Assembly: GCA_964016885.1 (NCBI GenBank)
Contig: OZ024744.1
Span: 108,004,001 to 108,068,000, forward strand
Length of the DNA: 64,000 bases
From: Eledone cirrhosa
Taxonomy: Eukaryota
Reading direction: 5' to 3'
The translations under genes and the position numbers were made by a program. The notes below the pieces were generated by a model. The model saw nothing but the letters and a program-made list of their open reading frames with translations, was not told the origin of the DNA and did no database searches. Numbering within the stretch: position 1 is the stretch's first letter; each line of letters starts with the position of its first letter. This document shows positions 28,290-42,184 of this stretch, in pieces.

Positions 28290-30532
28290 TTGGCCTTGCA
28301 ATGGACTCTCTATTATGAACACCTTCTTCCAGCACAGAGACATCCATAAACATACATGGTATAAGAGGAATCGGGGACAGAGATCAATAATTGATTTTGT
28401 TATTGTCTCTGATCTCTCTGATTCTGTGCTGGATGTTTGTGTTAAGAGAGAAGCTGAGAAGTCAACTGATCACCATCTAGTTATCTGTAACTTGAGACTA
28501 CCGAAAGCCAAAGAAGCCCACAAAACTGGCAGGTCCAGAGCGACCTACAGGATAATGTGGGAAGCACTGGCAGATAAGGAAGTCATGACCGGGTATATAG
28601 ATAATGTTGCATCCAAAATCAGAGAACTCTCTGAGTAAACAGAGGATGTTGAGACAGAGTGGAGATTGTTTAGCTCAGTAGTTAAATGCTGTTGGTTAAA
28701 GAAGCTTGGTGTAGCACTGGATGACAAGAGGACAACTTGGTTCAATCAAAAGGTCAAAGATGCCATCTGAGCAAGGAAGGAGGCTGCCAAAGTTTGGCTT
28801 GGAAATAAGTCCTTCTTCTTGCACTTGCAGTACAAGCAGGCATGTAGAATCGCAGCAGAGATAGTAAAGGTGTCCAAAGTTAAGACATGGGAGGACTTTG
28901 GGGTTAAGCTGGAATCTGACTTCAGATCGGCAAAAAAAGTGTTCTGGCAGACCATCCGCCGACTTCGTAATAAGAAGCTCTCCCCCACACCTGCTATAAA
29001 GAACGCGTCTGAGGTTCTGCTCTCTACTGAGAGGTACATCCTCACGAGGTGCAGGGAATACTTTGTTGGTCTCCTAAACCCAATCACAACATCTTCTGGT
29101 GTACACGAGGTGCATCTTGGAAAGGTGACTAATCTTTATGAGGCAGAGATCACAAGAGCAGTTAAAGAGCTTAAATGTGGCAAGCCACTGGGAAGATGAA
29201 ATCCGTTCCCAGATGTTTAAAGCCTTAAATAGAGAATGTATTCTCTGGTTGATTGGTGTGTGTCGGGTGGCCTGGATCTCTGAAAAGGCACCTAAGCAAT
29301 GGCAATCGGGAGTGATATTCCCAATTTTCAAAAAGGGAGACAAGAGATTGTTCCAATTACAGAGGGATCTCCTTGTTAAGCCTCTCCTGTAAAGTCTATG
29401 CTAAGTGTCTAGTGAAGAGATACAGGGAGATTGTTGAGCCCAAGCTAGCTGATGAATAGTGTGGATTTCACTCCGGATGCAGCACAGTCGACCAAATAAT
29501 CCCACTGCGGCAGGTCTTCCAGAAATAGTGGGAATATTGCCAAGAGATATATTCTTGTTTTGTCGACCTTGAGAAGGCATATGACTGCATTCCTCGGGAC
29601 CTGTTATGGAAGGTTGTGCAGGAGTATGGGATCGATGGTCAGCTTCTTGCTGCCCTGATGTCTCTATATGAATGCCTGAGTATTTGTGTTTGAATAAATG
29701 GTGCCAAATCGAAACCCTTCAATGTAAAAGTCGGACTCCGCCAAGGGTGTGTACTGTCACCTCTCCTGCTCATTATTTACATGAACGGGATTGACATGCA
29801 CAACCGGGTTGGAAGTGGTATCACGTGTAAAATCAGTCAGCTGGAATTTGCAGACGATATAGTGTTACTTAAGCCGACAGAAGATGATCTCTGACTTGCA
29901 CTTGGTAGGTTTGATGCTGGGTGCTGAATGGCTGGAATGAAAATCAGTGCTGTGAAGACTGAGACACTCATCCTCTCAAGGATGCCTGCGCAGTGCACTC
30001 TACATGTAAATGGAGTTCCACTGAAGCAGGTAGAGAAGTTGAAGTATCTCGGAGCCATGTTCACGAGTGATGGAAGGCAGGAGGTTGAATTAAATGCAAG
30101 AATTGCAGGAGATGATGAAGTAATGTACCAGCTTCAGCATTCAGTAATGAGAAAAAGGGAGGTAGGTGTAAAAGACAAACCTGCTTTCTTCAATTTGGTA
30201 TTTGTGCCAACCCTTACCTATGGTCATGAATTTTGGGTAATGACTAAAAGAATACGACCGTGAATATAAGTGGCTGAAATGGGATTCCCCTGAAGAGTCT
30301 TTGGAGTAATGTTACTAGATAGAGTGTGTAGCTCGTAGATCAGAGAGTCACTCCAGGTCGAGCCACTATGTCTCTGAATTGAGAGATCACAGCTCTGATA
30401 CTATGTGCATGTGGTTAGAATGTCTCAAGAAAGAATCTCTGAATTGAGAGATCACAGCTCTGATACTATGGGCATGTGGTTAGAATGTCTCAGGAAAGAA
30501 TTACTAGACAGATTTTATGGGCAAAACCAACA
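28290..30532 (+). mobile_element. RTE LINE (endonuclease C-half + RT), decayed
   Basis: NTFFQHR..HKHTW, STDHHLV, PIFKKGD, FVDLEKAYD, GLRQGCVLSP, FADD, KYLG and LTYGHE motifs. Confidence 0.92.
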
Positions 30533-30703
30533 GGTTTTTAGATTTTAATTTCTAATTTGTTTTCAAGCGTTTTTTTTTAATGGTTATTTCTCTATTCACG
30601 AGAATGACGTCAATTGCCGACGTAGTATTTCAATTTTGTTTTTTGTATGGGATGTTGTTTAGGTTGTGTGTGTGTGTGTGTGTGTGTGTGAATGTGTGCC
30701 TTT

Positions 30704-31200
30704 TTATGTCAAGTCCTGTGTGCTGAGTTCTAATCTATTATTTATTTGCGGGTTGAGTCTACGTATGAGCAAGGCTTCCTTAATTCTTAAATTGCCCACA
30801 TTTCTATATCTAGCTTCGATAGTAACAGTAATATATTGGTTGATATTTCTACTTTTGTCAATTTGTTTTTGGAATGAGAATGTGCGTGTGTTGAGGTGTT
30901 CTTTAATGTAAGTGTGGAGTGCTACCAATGTAGAACTCCTTACATTTGCTGCATTCAATCCGGTATACCACATGTGTCCGCTGGCATATACCTGTATCGT
31001 TGATAGGGCAGTTAGTCAACCAGCATTGATTGTTGTTGGAAGGGGGAGAGGGGGGGGGGGGTTATACGGGGGTCTTCTCATGCATGTTGTTTAGAATGAG
31101 GTGTTGTTTTCTGGAGAGGTTAGGGAGTACCTTCTTATGTTTCAGTAATATGCTAAAAATAGACTGCTTAAGTCTGGAGAGTTTGAGGCCCATTTTGCAT
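30704..31200 (-). mobile_element. Penelope-like GIY-YIG endonuclease fragment
   Basis: VVYRIECSKCKEFYIGST...IKEH...RIKEALLIRRLNPQIN. Confidence 0.8.
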
Positions 31201-31423
31201 TGTTTAACCTTCTATCTCTTTCCACATTAAATATTATATACAATGCTTCAAGCAAACTACAACATTTTATTATATATATATATATAAATTACCCAGCTAA
31301 TTAAGACTAGACTAGGCATATGTAATACATTATGCACATACATATAAATATACTTATACACAAGCACATATACCTACCTATACACAAAGCGATGGATCAT
31401 ATAAATAGTCAAAGGATTATTTC

Positions 31424-31523
<100 letters not shown>

Positions 31524-31958
31524 CTATATCTATAAACCCAAGAGAATCCATATCAACACATGCATGTACTTAAAAACACATCTTGAATTACATACGTATA
31601 TATACTCAGTTTCCCATGTACATACATATATATATATATATATAAAAAAAATCATAAATATATTTAAACCCAAATACGTATATATGTATACATAAACCAT
31701 ATATAGATATATTCATAAAATTCCCAAATACTCCATCGATACATATACATACATATACTTGTTTATACATACACACATGTCAGTGCAGAGTCACATAGGA
31801 GAGTTTATTCCCATATGTTCCTACAGTATAAATACATATAACATATAAATGTTCACATATACATAGAAGACAGCTATTATACATTTACCTATGGACCAGA
31901 ACTTAACACTATATATAATATATATAATAGTTCAGGCCAAAACATGCTAACATCATTG

Positions 31959-32597
31959 ACAATATAACCAGCCACTATGTTCACAACATATATACATGTG
32001 TACATATTCACATACACATATGTACACATCTATACATGCACAATCACACATATACTTACACCCCCACATGTACATATATATATATATAAACACCCACCAA
32101 CATACATATCTCGGAGTGACAATATAACCAGCCGCTATGTTGACAACATATACATGCGTACATATTCACATACACATATGTACACATCTATACATGCACA
32201 ATAACACATATACCTACACCCCCACATGTACATATATATATATATATATAAACACCCACCAACATACATATCTCGGAGTGACAATATAACCAGCCACTAT
32301 GTTCACAATATATACATGTGTACATATTCACATACACATATGTACACATCTATACATGCTCAATAACACATATACCTACACCCCCACATGTACATATATA
32401 TATATATATATAAACACCCACCAACATACATATCTCGGAGTGACAATATAACCAGCCACTATGTTCACAATATATACATGTGTACATATTCACATACACA
32501 TATGTACACATCTATACATGCTCAATAACACATATACCTACACCCCCACATGTACATATATATATATATAAACACCCACCAACATACATATCTTGGA
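31959..32597. repeat. Minisatellite of about 160 bp, 4 units
   Basis: gacaatataaccagcc starts at 31959, 32118, 32280 and about 32442. Confidence 0.9.
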
Positions 32598-33960
32598 GAA
32601 TTCAGCAGCCAAGGCTTTATGGAGCATATCTAGATGTTTCAGCACACCATCTCTGTCCAGTGATTTCCAGTTTCCAACATTGCTGACCGCTGTTTTTATT
32701 TCTTGTGAGGTGATCTCATTTCATTCCTGGGTGCAAGCAGGGATTTCCAATTGTTCCAGCCATGTGGCATTGGAGTTGTGGTTACCTTATTTCAATATTT
32801 TTCTCACCTAACTCCCTGTAAAATCTTTTGGCATCTTCGGCAAAGATTTTGTTTTGTTTAAAGAAGTTTGCTCTTTTTTTACATCTTAGTCTCTGCATCT
32901 TTTACCTGAATCTTTTGCTTGATTGATTCAGCAATTTCTTTCCAGTCTGCTGTCCGGTTGGCCTTGTATTTCTTTCTCAGCCTAGAAAGCTTTTTGGAGT
33001 TGATGTCAGTTCCCTTATCTATTTCGGATATGAGAGAACGACATCTCTCCTCAACTCTGTAATTTTGTTCTCCAGCTGTGTCTGCCATTTTGGTATTCCC
33101 ATTGTGTTTATTTTCCCTGTTTGTATTTTGGGGTGCGGCTTGCCAGGAATCACGGTTGCAGTGGCATATAGCCAAGCTGATTAATCTCATCAATTGTCAG
33201 TGGTTTTCTGTGTTCACCTCTGATTATCTCTAGTGCTTTGTTAGCTAGGTTGACCTTCTTCTTTAGCTGATGCATGACTTTGGGCACTTTCTGGAGTTTT
33301 GTCCTACATTTTCAGAATCTCCCATTCACACAGAATATCTTCCTTCATTGTCTAGTCAGCAGCATCAACCAGTGAGCTATCACCTACATGGGAGATTCTC
33401 ATCTGTGGGAGTTTCAGCAATACTCTCACTGCTGCTTTTGTTGTATGCTGGTCTCCTTCTTGACTGGGGTTATTATGTTGCTCTCTTATATCTGCTTTGA
33501 TGGTTTCCAGTTCTGATTCAGTGAGTTTTTTGCTCCTCATAATGTCTCTTCTCACATTAGCTAACTTATTCATGTCCATGTATTCTCTGGAGTTAGTGTT
33601 GGAATTCCTCCAGATACTATACGTTTCTTGACAAGTTCTTTCTCGGAAACAGGATGGCAGTATAATACGCAGCCATAACTGCTTTGTATTTCTCTCTGGT
33701 CCCTGTTTGTCGTGGCTTTTTAGCATGTACCTTGGTGTTGTCACTCCGTGGCTCATTGTGGGGTCTTTCCTCAGTACGAGGGTCACTGGGGGTGTATGGG
33801 AGAGGGTTGTTCCATTTGCTAAATTTTCAACCTTGTTGTGGTTCCTCGCCAAAAGACTCGGTCCTTGGTAATCCACGTGACAACTGATGTGGTATGATTT
33901 ACTTCTTGTTTGCACCATCATGTTGTTAAGGGGTTAGTTTTCTGTCTGGGTTACTCTGTC
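32598..33960 (-). mobile_element. R4/Dong-clade LINE 5' portion, decayed
   Basis: NKLANVRRDIMRSKKLTESEL, KQKIQVK, QNKIF..DAKRFYREL and NWKSLDRDGV. Confidence 0.75.
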
Positions 33961-35544
33961 ATAGCCACTGGTCCTACTGTGGGTCTAGCCCATGGGCCAG
34001 TGGCGTTCGTGATCCAATGAAGTGTCAGGTACCAAGACGATATTAGAATGTTCTTTAACTTCTCCTCAACAATGATACTTCCAGTTATGAAATATTGTAA
34101 GTTCATTAAACTCAATAATTTTCAAAATGACAGTAAATAACGCTACAGTCCATTACCAAAATAACGCCTACGGCATTTGTATTACTTCAAGAGAAATGTT
34201 TCTTTAACTTCTTTTTTAAATTATTATTTCCCATTTTAATTATTAAAAGAATGTAACATTTAAAACAAATAAATTGGAGAGCTCAAAACTAGATGTCAAC
34301 TCTATCCTGGACACAAAAGTAGACAAAGTGGTAATCTCAAATTGAATAAAACATGCATAGCCAAGTACATAAAACTTAGTCTGATAAATGTGTCTGAACA
34401 CGGAAGAGCCGAGCTCCTACTGTCGCCTCCATCTTTCTCGCCCTCCCCATCTCTCTGTATTATGAGTAAATGGGGTCCCACGTGCTGGCCACTCCAACAA
34501 CAATACTTCCAGTTATGAAATAACTGTTTCTACTTTAGGCACAAGGCCAGCAATTACCCAGTGCATTCCAGTTATGAAATAACGTTAGTTCACCAGCCTG
34601 AATCATTTTCACAATGACACTAAATAACGCTACAGTTCATTACCAAAAACTAGCAGAAAAACCACCCTTCGGCTGGCTTATTGCTAGCATGTGTGGTGTG
34701 TATATTGATATTATATACGCAGGTATATATACATGTAGATATGATACATCAAATAAAATCGTAATTGACAATATATAATACATAGAAATAGAACGAAGAC
34801 TGCGTTACACTGTCTTATGTAATCAGTAACATAATCCATGATACATTAAAAAAGACGATATTATATATAAACTGCATTAGGAGAAAATTAGTGACAGAAA
34901 ATTAATATGTTTATTTAAGCGATCGCCAACCGGAAGTGTTGACATTTAAGAAATTTTAAAGAAGTGAATCTTTAAATAAACAAAATATAGTTAACCAACA
35001 GCCACGAAATTTAGTAGATAAATTATGTAATATTCATTCATTATTTATTCAAAATAATGGGCGGTGGATTAGCAGTATCGGTAGAGGGTCGGACGCCATG
35101 CTTTCCAGCATAGTTACGTCCCTTTACGATCTGAGTTCAAATCCCGCCGAGGTTGACTTTGCCTTTCATCCTTACGGGGTCGATAAAATAAAGTACCAGT
35201 AATGCACTGGGTAATTGCTGGCCTTGTGCCTAAAGTAGAAACAATTATTTATTCAAAATAATCCAACTTATTTTACTAATGGGATAAAAAATTATAAACC
35301 GTACGCAGTCCCGCGCTCTTTACTTTATTATAGTTTAGATAACGCCCAAGACAAATGTATCACTTCTAGGGTAGAGCGTCAGGCACAATGCTTTGCAGAA
35401 TAGAGTTATGGCTCTTTACGTTCTGAGTTCAAATCCCGCCGAGGTTAACTTTGCCTTTCATCCTTACGGGGTCGATAAAATAAAGTACCAGTAATGCACT
35501 GGGGTAATTGCAAAAGTAGAAACATATATTATATACTTCACGCG

Positions 35545-35624
<80 letters not shown>

Positions 35625-35939
35625 TACACACACACACATACACAAACACATACACACATTATTTCGGGAATATTTCACAAGACATTCTTAGCAGCACTAC
35701 ATGCTGATGAAGCTATTATGATTTCTGGATCCGTTCTTCATTATAATTCTATGCTTAACTTCGCAATTATAGCTTTATAGTTATAAACCGAATTCTCTCT
35801 TGAGAACAGTGAAGTTAAGCGTAGATAAGCAGGGTTAAGCAGCTAATGATAGCCAAGCCTGTTTTGACAAAAACTTGGGTGTATTCCCAAGAAAAATTAG
35901 TAACAACAAGAATATATATGTATAACCACACACATACAC

Positions 35940-35984
<45 letters not shown>

Positions 35985-36671
35985 CAACAATTAAAATAGT
36001 GAATAAGAAACACGGAGAACATTTTCAAACTGTGTCAAGCGGTTTCGGCTTGTGTGTTCAGCGAGCTTTCCCAAGGAAGTAGCAATTTCTGTAAGGTGTG
36101 TAAAAATAGGTCACTAGTATTGGTAGTGCTTTGGGCGAATTTATAATTGTAGTAAATGGGCTGATGGAAAAAGTGGCAGGGAAGGTAAATGTATCTTGGA
36201 CAGGTAAGGGGTCAGAAGAAGGAAGTAATGTCGGTGGGGTCGCGGTTCTTTGTTGGAAGGAGTGGAGTAGAAGGAGAAAGAGTATAATGATCATAGAAGT
36301 TGGGAGTAGGGGTGGAGGTGAGCGGTAAAGCTATGTTTAGACAGAAATTGGGGGATGAAGGAGTATTTTTAGGACGACAATAAAATAAAATAAAATAAAA
36401 TAAAATAAAATAAAATAAAATAAAATAAAATAAAATAAAAATGGTAAATAAGGTTAAATGGGATCAAATAAGATCAGGTAAAATATAAGGTGTTTAAAAA
36501 TAGGTAAAGTGGATAATATGTGTTGGTAACCAGTGATAAGGTGTATGTTCTATGTGTATACATACTGAATACACACAGCTATACTGGGGAGTCTTAGAAG
36601 GGTTTTCATAGAAATGCATGAATAAATAAATCAACTATTACTTTAATGAAAGGAATGCGGCGGGTCAGGTA

Positions 36672-37581
36672 ATATATATATAAAACTGAGGATGTCTGTC
36701 TGTGTGTGTGTGAGTTTGAATCCCTAAAACTCGAGAAACACCCAACCGACCGTTTTCAAACTTTACACATGTAATACTTATGTTTCAGGGAGTGTTCTGA
36801 GCACAACAAATTTCAAATTTTCAATGCCCTAGGGACCGCATTACGCGATATAGCGATTTCTCTATATAATTCTTAGTATTTCTCTTTTTAGATAGATACA
36901 TACATATAACGTCGCGCCCTTATAATATCTGTCTGTATGTATTACGTCACTTCCCTGAGGATGTATGTGTGTGTGTGTGTGTGTGAGTTTGAATCCCTAA
37001 AACTCGAGAAGTACCCAACCTACCTTTTTCAAACTTTACATGTGTATTACTTATGTTTCAGGGAGTGTTATGCACCTAAAAAATTTCAACTTTTTGATCT
37101 CCTAGGGCCCGCATTAGGTGAAAAACTGCGTTTTTAAAGCTTTTTAGGGTTTTTATAGGCGTTACGTCAGACCGATTTCCCTGAAATTGTAACTATGTAT
37201 TAATCAGTCTCTTCTTCATACCGTGAGCAAATAAAATCCAAATTGTTTATGGCCTAGGGCCCGCATTAGGTGAAAAACTTTATTTTTTCAGCTTTTGAGG
37301 GCTTTTTTGAGGCGTTACGTCTAGCCGATTTTTCCGAAATTTCAAGGCATATTATGCACATAAAAAAATTAATTTTCTTGATCCCCTAGGGCCCGCATTA
37401 AGTAAAAACCTGCATTTTTCTTGCTTCATCGAGGAAAATCTTAAAGATTATCCAGCCATCAGAGTATTCGGTTTATTTTCTTTACATATTGTCCAGGCAT
37501 GCAGTTTTCCACGATTAGGTCTGTTGGCGGCCGGCGTTCCAAAATACCTTATCCCGTGGAACGCCGGGTACCACTGCTAGT
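36672..37581 (+). mobile_element. Non-autonomous Helitron with internal subrepeats; related 5' part at 58200-58560
   Basis: 5' tatataaaactgaggatgtctgtctgt...aactcgagaa..ccaaccga; 3' hairpin cccgtggaacgccggg + CTAG-T. Confidence 0.75.
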
Positions 37582-37697
37582 ATATATATATAATCTTTGC
37601 TGGACCGGCAATCGCTCTGTATAATCAGCTCCTGATTATTACTGGAATTCTATAAGAATCCAGCTTCTATAATTTTCGGCAAAAGCAGGGGGTGCGT

Positions 37698-37739
37698 GGC
37701 TCTGATGAATGCCAACCAGCGTGAAACAGACTGTTAACT
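37698..37739 (+). ncRNA. Degenerate minimal hammerhead motif
   Basis: CTGATGA-atgc(caacca)gcgt-GAAA-cagactg-TT; stem I is imperfect. Confidence 0.5.
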
Positions 37740-37863
37740 TCTCTCCCTTCATTAGCCGAAAAGAAGTAAGTGACATAATCACTACTTTAAAACCGATAGC
37801 GTATGGTCTTCTAAATGTTTTTAATTAAACATACGGTATATTGCCAAATATATTATACATACA

Positions 37864-37935
<72 letters not shown>

Positions 37936-38348
37936 TCGTTTCTGAATTTGTTTAGCAAGATTCTTTATCTGAAATCGTGTGTTGAAACCGATATTGTTAT
38001 ACTTTGGGAGGGTCATGTTGCCAATAAGAACTATGACTATATATAAACAACTATCTGGTTGTGGAACCAACCAACCAGAAATTTATAAATTTGTAAATTT
38101 ATAAATATATAATAAATTGAAGTGAAAGCAACTGGTGCGTGTGTTTCTTATTGGCAACATGACCCTCCCAAAGTATAACAATATATATATATATTTAACT
38201 CTGATACTGGTTCAGTCTGGTTCAAACTGAATTGGTCTGTCCCAGTCATTCATTGAGCAACATCGGTGAAGTTGGCACCCTTAACTCACAGTTGGGTGCG
38301 GATGCATTCATGTATATATGTGTGTGTCCGCATGTATCTGTGTGTTTC

Positions 38349-38435
<87 letters not shown>

Positions 38436-38605
38436 AAAAGAAATCGAAAATGCAACTGGAGTCTTTTTAAGAAGATTTATTTATTTCCTTTACCAGTTTC
38501 ACAGTTCTTATGCTTTTTTCAAAATAAGAAGTGAGACTCCAGTTGAATTTTCGATTTCTTTTCCTTATACTTTCACCCGTGTAGGGCATATTTTTTTTTA
38601 ATTTA

Positions 38606-38677
<72 letters not shown>

Positions 38678-38679
<2 letters not shown>

Positions 38680-39048
38680 ATCATCATCATCAGGTCGAGC
38701 TTGCTCGGCTTTCTACGACACGTTTCCTCCATCCATCTCTGTCTCTCATAGCGTTTGCCAGTTCTTCCGCAGTGCATCCAGTATCGTCCTCAAGTTGGAA
38801 TCTGTGCTTGTTTATGGCTCTATCACTTGGACGCTAACGTCGAAACTGGAGAAAAAGCTAGACGGGGCATACACACGTATGCTCCGTGCTGCTTTAAACG
38901 TGTCTTGGAGGGAACACCCAACAAATAAGGATCTCTATGGCAATATACCACCTATCAGCAGGTCAATACGTGGACAGAGACTCAGATTTGCTGGCCACTG
39001 TTGGCGCAGCAAGGAAGAAATAGCAAGTGATGCGTTGTTATGGAGTCC
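38678..39048 (-). mobile_element. RTE LINE 3' end with (TGA)n tail and inverted upstream piece
   Basis: Minus 38680-38793: LEDDTGC...AMRDRDGWR; plus 38795-39048: ESVLVYG..TWTL...RLRFAGHCWR...LLWSP. Confidence 0.8.
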
Positions 39049-39084
39049 ATATATATATATGTATATATATTTCGTTTCTGAATT

Positions 39085-39665
39085 TGTTATACAACATGCT
39101 AAAATAGAACATAAGGATAAATTAGAGAACATAAAAATAAAAATAGAATCTACACACAGAAAAGACGCAATGTTTAGACAAATCACAGAGGCAATAAACA
39201 TAAATGAACTCCAACCAAAATTAAATAGAAAACATGAATGGAATAGCAACATCACAACTTACAATTAAGGACAAAATGAAAACACACACACACATAGAAC
39301 AAACAACCAACCAGTAACATATAAATAAACAAATAAATAAGCAAATATAAATACACACAGACACCCGGATGTAACACATGCGCAAACTAAGCACACAACA
39401 CACACAAAAACAAGATGGCGTAGGACAGAACAAAGGAGAGGCACAAAAACAAAGAAAAGAATCCCCAGTCACTGAAGAGGTCACAGAATGTGTGACGAAA
39501 GAACTTTGACAATATATGAACAATCGTCTGGTTGTGGAACCAACCAACCAACCGGAAATTTATAAATTCCTAAATTTATAAATTTAATTTTTAATAAATT
39601 GAAGTGAAAGCAACTGGTGCGTGTGTTTCTTATTGGCAACATGACCCTCCCAAAGCATAACAATA
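39085..39665 (+). mobile_element. Penelope-like 3' end (GIY-YIG C-terminus + pLTR) with hammerhead at 39468-39510
   Basis: RQITEAINI..LQPKLNRKHEW; gtca-CTGAAGA-g-gtcac..gtgac-GAAA-gaac-TT-tgac. The terminus recurs at 37990-38182 and 59170-59353. Confidence 0.8.
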
Positions 39666-39917
39666 TATATATATATATATATATTTAAAAAAATAGAGGT
39701 ATGACACACGAGTTGTGATATATTAGTAAAAAGGAAAAGAAAATGCTGACACATTTTTCCAAGTGAAAAATAGTTTAATTAGGAATAAGTATAAATTAGT
39801 AAACTGAATACTAACTAATACTTAATACTAATTTATACTTATTCCTAATTAAACTATTTTTCACTGGGAAAAATTTGTCAACATTTTCTTTTCCTTTTTA
39901 CTAATATATATATATAT

Positions 39918-41060
39918 ATGTTGTTATACTTGGGGAGGGTCATATTGTTATAATATTGCCAGAAATAATAACAGAACACACTCACTGTTTGGTTGCTTTC
40001 CGTTTGTGTATCTTTTATATCTCCATAGTTAATTTATTTGGCAATCAATGTTTATCATTGATTGACCAACGGTTAAAAATACAGATATAAATATATATAT
40101 ACAGTCTATCAAAGTTCTTTCGTCACACACCTACGACATCATCAGTTGTACTATTATGTTTCCTCCCATTGTATTGTAATGTCTACGCCATTTTTATTTG
40201 ATTGATTGATTTATTTCTCCTTGTCTCTGTCTCTGTGCATGCGTTTGCATGTGTGTATAATGTTTGGTGTGTGTGTTCGCTTTTGAGTGTATGTGTTTTT
40301 GTTTTTGTATTCTATCTTTGTTCACTAGTGTGAGTGTTTATATGTGTTTGTTGTTATTGTACTTGTGTATATATTTATTTATTTATTTATTTATATTTCC
40401 CTTAAGTCAGTATTGTTTGTTTGGGTATGGTTGTTGTTATTCCATTCATTCTTTCTGTTTAACTTTGGTTTTCTAAGCTGTATTTTGCTTGCTTCTCTGA
40501 TTTGCCTACCTGTTGAGTCATTTCTATGTTTAGATATTATTTTAATTTCTATACTGTCTATGTTACTGTCATATCTTTGTCTGGCGTGTTCGTATAGTAC
40601 TGAACCGTTTTTTTTTTGTCCTTTTAGTTCCCCCCAGTGTTGGTCTATTCTTTCTCCTATGCTTCAAGCTGTCTCACCTATGTATGTCGTTGTCACGTTT
40701 CTGCAAGTATCCTCTGTACATCTTATGCTATAGACTACATTTCTAGTTTTTCAGTTTATCTGTGGTTTCATTCTAGAATGATCCCAGACGGCTTGGAGAT
40801 GCGTACATATCATAGTCGTTGAGCAGGTGACCCTGCTTCCAAGGCGACTACAGGCAATATGTATTTATACTGCCTATTCTGAGAGAGGCCATGTTGAACG
40901 AAGAAGTAAGCAAGTGAGAACTTACATCTGGCTTTCTGGTGGAGGAACGGTTGCTTCGTCCGTCTGGCTAGTTGTGGCCTTCTCCACAAGGATGTTTCCG
41001 TATATTCTTCGGGAGAGGATTTCTCGAAAGTCTTCAATTGAATCTACACAGTTCTTTTAA
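39918..41060 (-). mobile_element. Penelope-like GIY-YIG fragment + pLTR with hammerhead at 40109-40148
   Basis: NVVYSIRC..TYIGET..IGERIDQH...RQIREA..KPKLNRKNEW; CTGATGA-tgtc..gac-GAAA-gaac-TT. Confidence 0.8.
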
Positions 41061-42184
41061 AGGCGCGTATACTTTTGGGGTTTATTTCTGCTATTTATGT
41101 GTGTGAGTGGTGTGACTGTTTGGGGCGTTGTGTAGTTTGTTTCTGTAATGTTGGTGTATGAACTTAAATATTTGTTGTTGTTCGTGTTTATTGCCTGACA
41201 ATTGTTGTTGCGGAGGGGTGGGTTTAGTTTTATTTGGATTGTTGTTAGTGTTTGTTGTGGTGCTGGTGCTGGAGCTACTGATGGAGGGGGTGGGGGTGGG
41301 GTGGGGTGGGGGGCTGCTGATGGTGGTGGTGTTGATGGTGATGGCGGTGGGTGGCAGTGGGGCTGCTGATGAGGATGGCGGTGGTGTTGATGGTGATGGC
41401 GGTGGGGGTGGTGGCGTTGAAGTTTTGAGTGTTTTCTATTTGTTTGTTTTACCCTGTTTTTTTTTTTTTTTAGGAACAAGGAGGAGAGTTCTTTATTTTT
41501 TTTTTCCTTGATTGATTTCCACTCCCCATCCTAGTCACAATCCGTCTCCAATTGTTGTGACGTCGGAGAGGGTTAGGTCATCCACAGACATTGGTAATGT
41601 AGTTGGTAGTGGATGTGGGGGGGAGGGGGGGGGGGTTTGTGACTGACGTTGTCGATGGTTGCTGGTTGCTGTCTTTTCTGTCTCCGATTGCGGCCGCAGC
41701 CGGCTTGGTTGCTTCCAGCATGTGATCTAGCGTGGGGAAGTGGATGAGGCCTCTTTTTGGACAGTCACGTGGGGGGAGGGGGGGGGGGGGGAGATGGCAG
41801 CTGCCGTCATCGAGGTCTATCACATTTGGGTATGTATGTTTTATGTGTCCACACAGCGCACCCATACATAGCCTTTTGGACTTGGGACTCACTCGCCTGC
41901 TCCACCTTGCACGATTTCGTACTAAATGTGCGGTACAGACCCTACACAGCTGTTCTTGTTCTTCATGATGTCGGGTGGATGACGGAGGCTGACTTTGTGT
42001 ACGCTCTTCTTTGTCTCCTTCCTCTTCACTGACGTAGATTCTTTCCGCCTTTTTAACCGCCTTCGCGAAGGATATAGGTTTCTTTTGAGGCCTCGTCATT
42101 GCTGCTGCGTTGGTTGTTGTTGTTGCTGTTGCTGTTGCTGTTGCTGCTGACTTTCCTACTTGTTTCTGTTACATTTCCCCCCGT

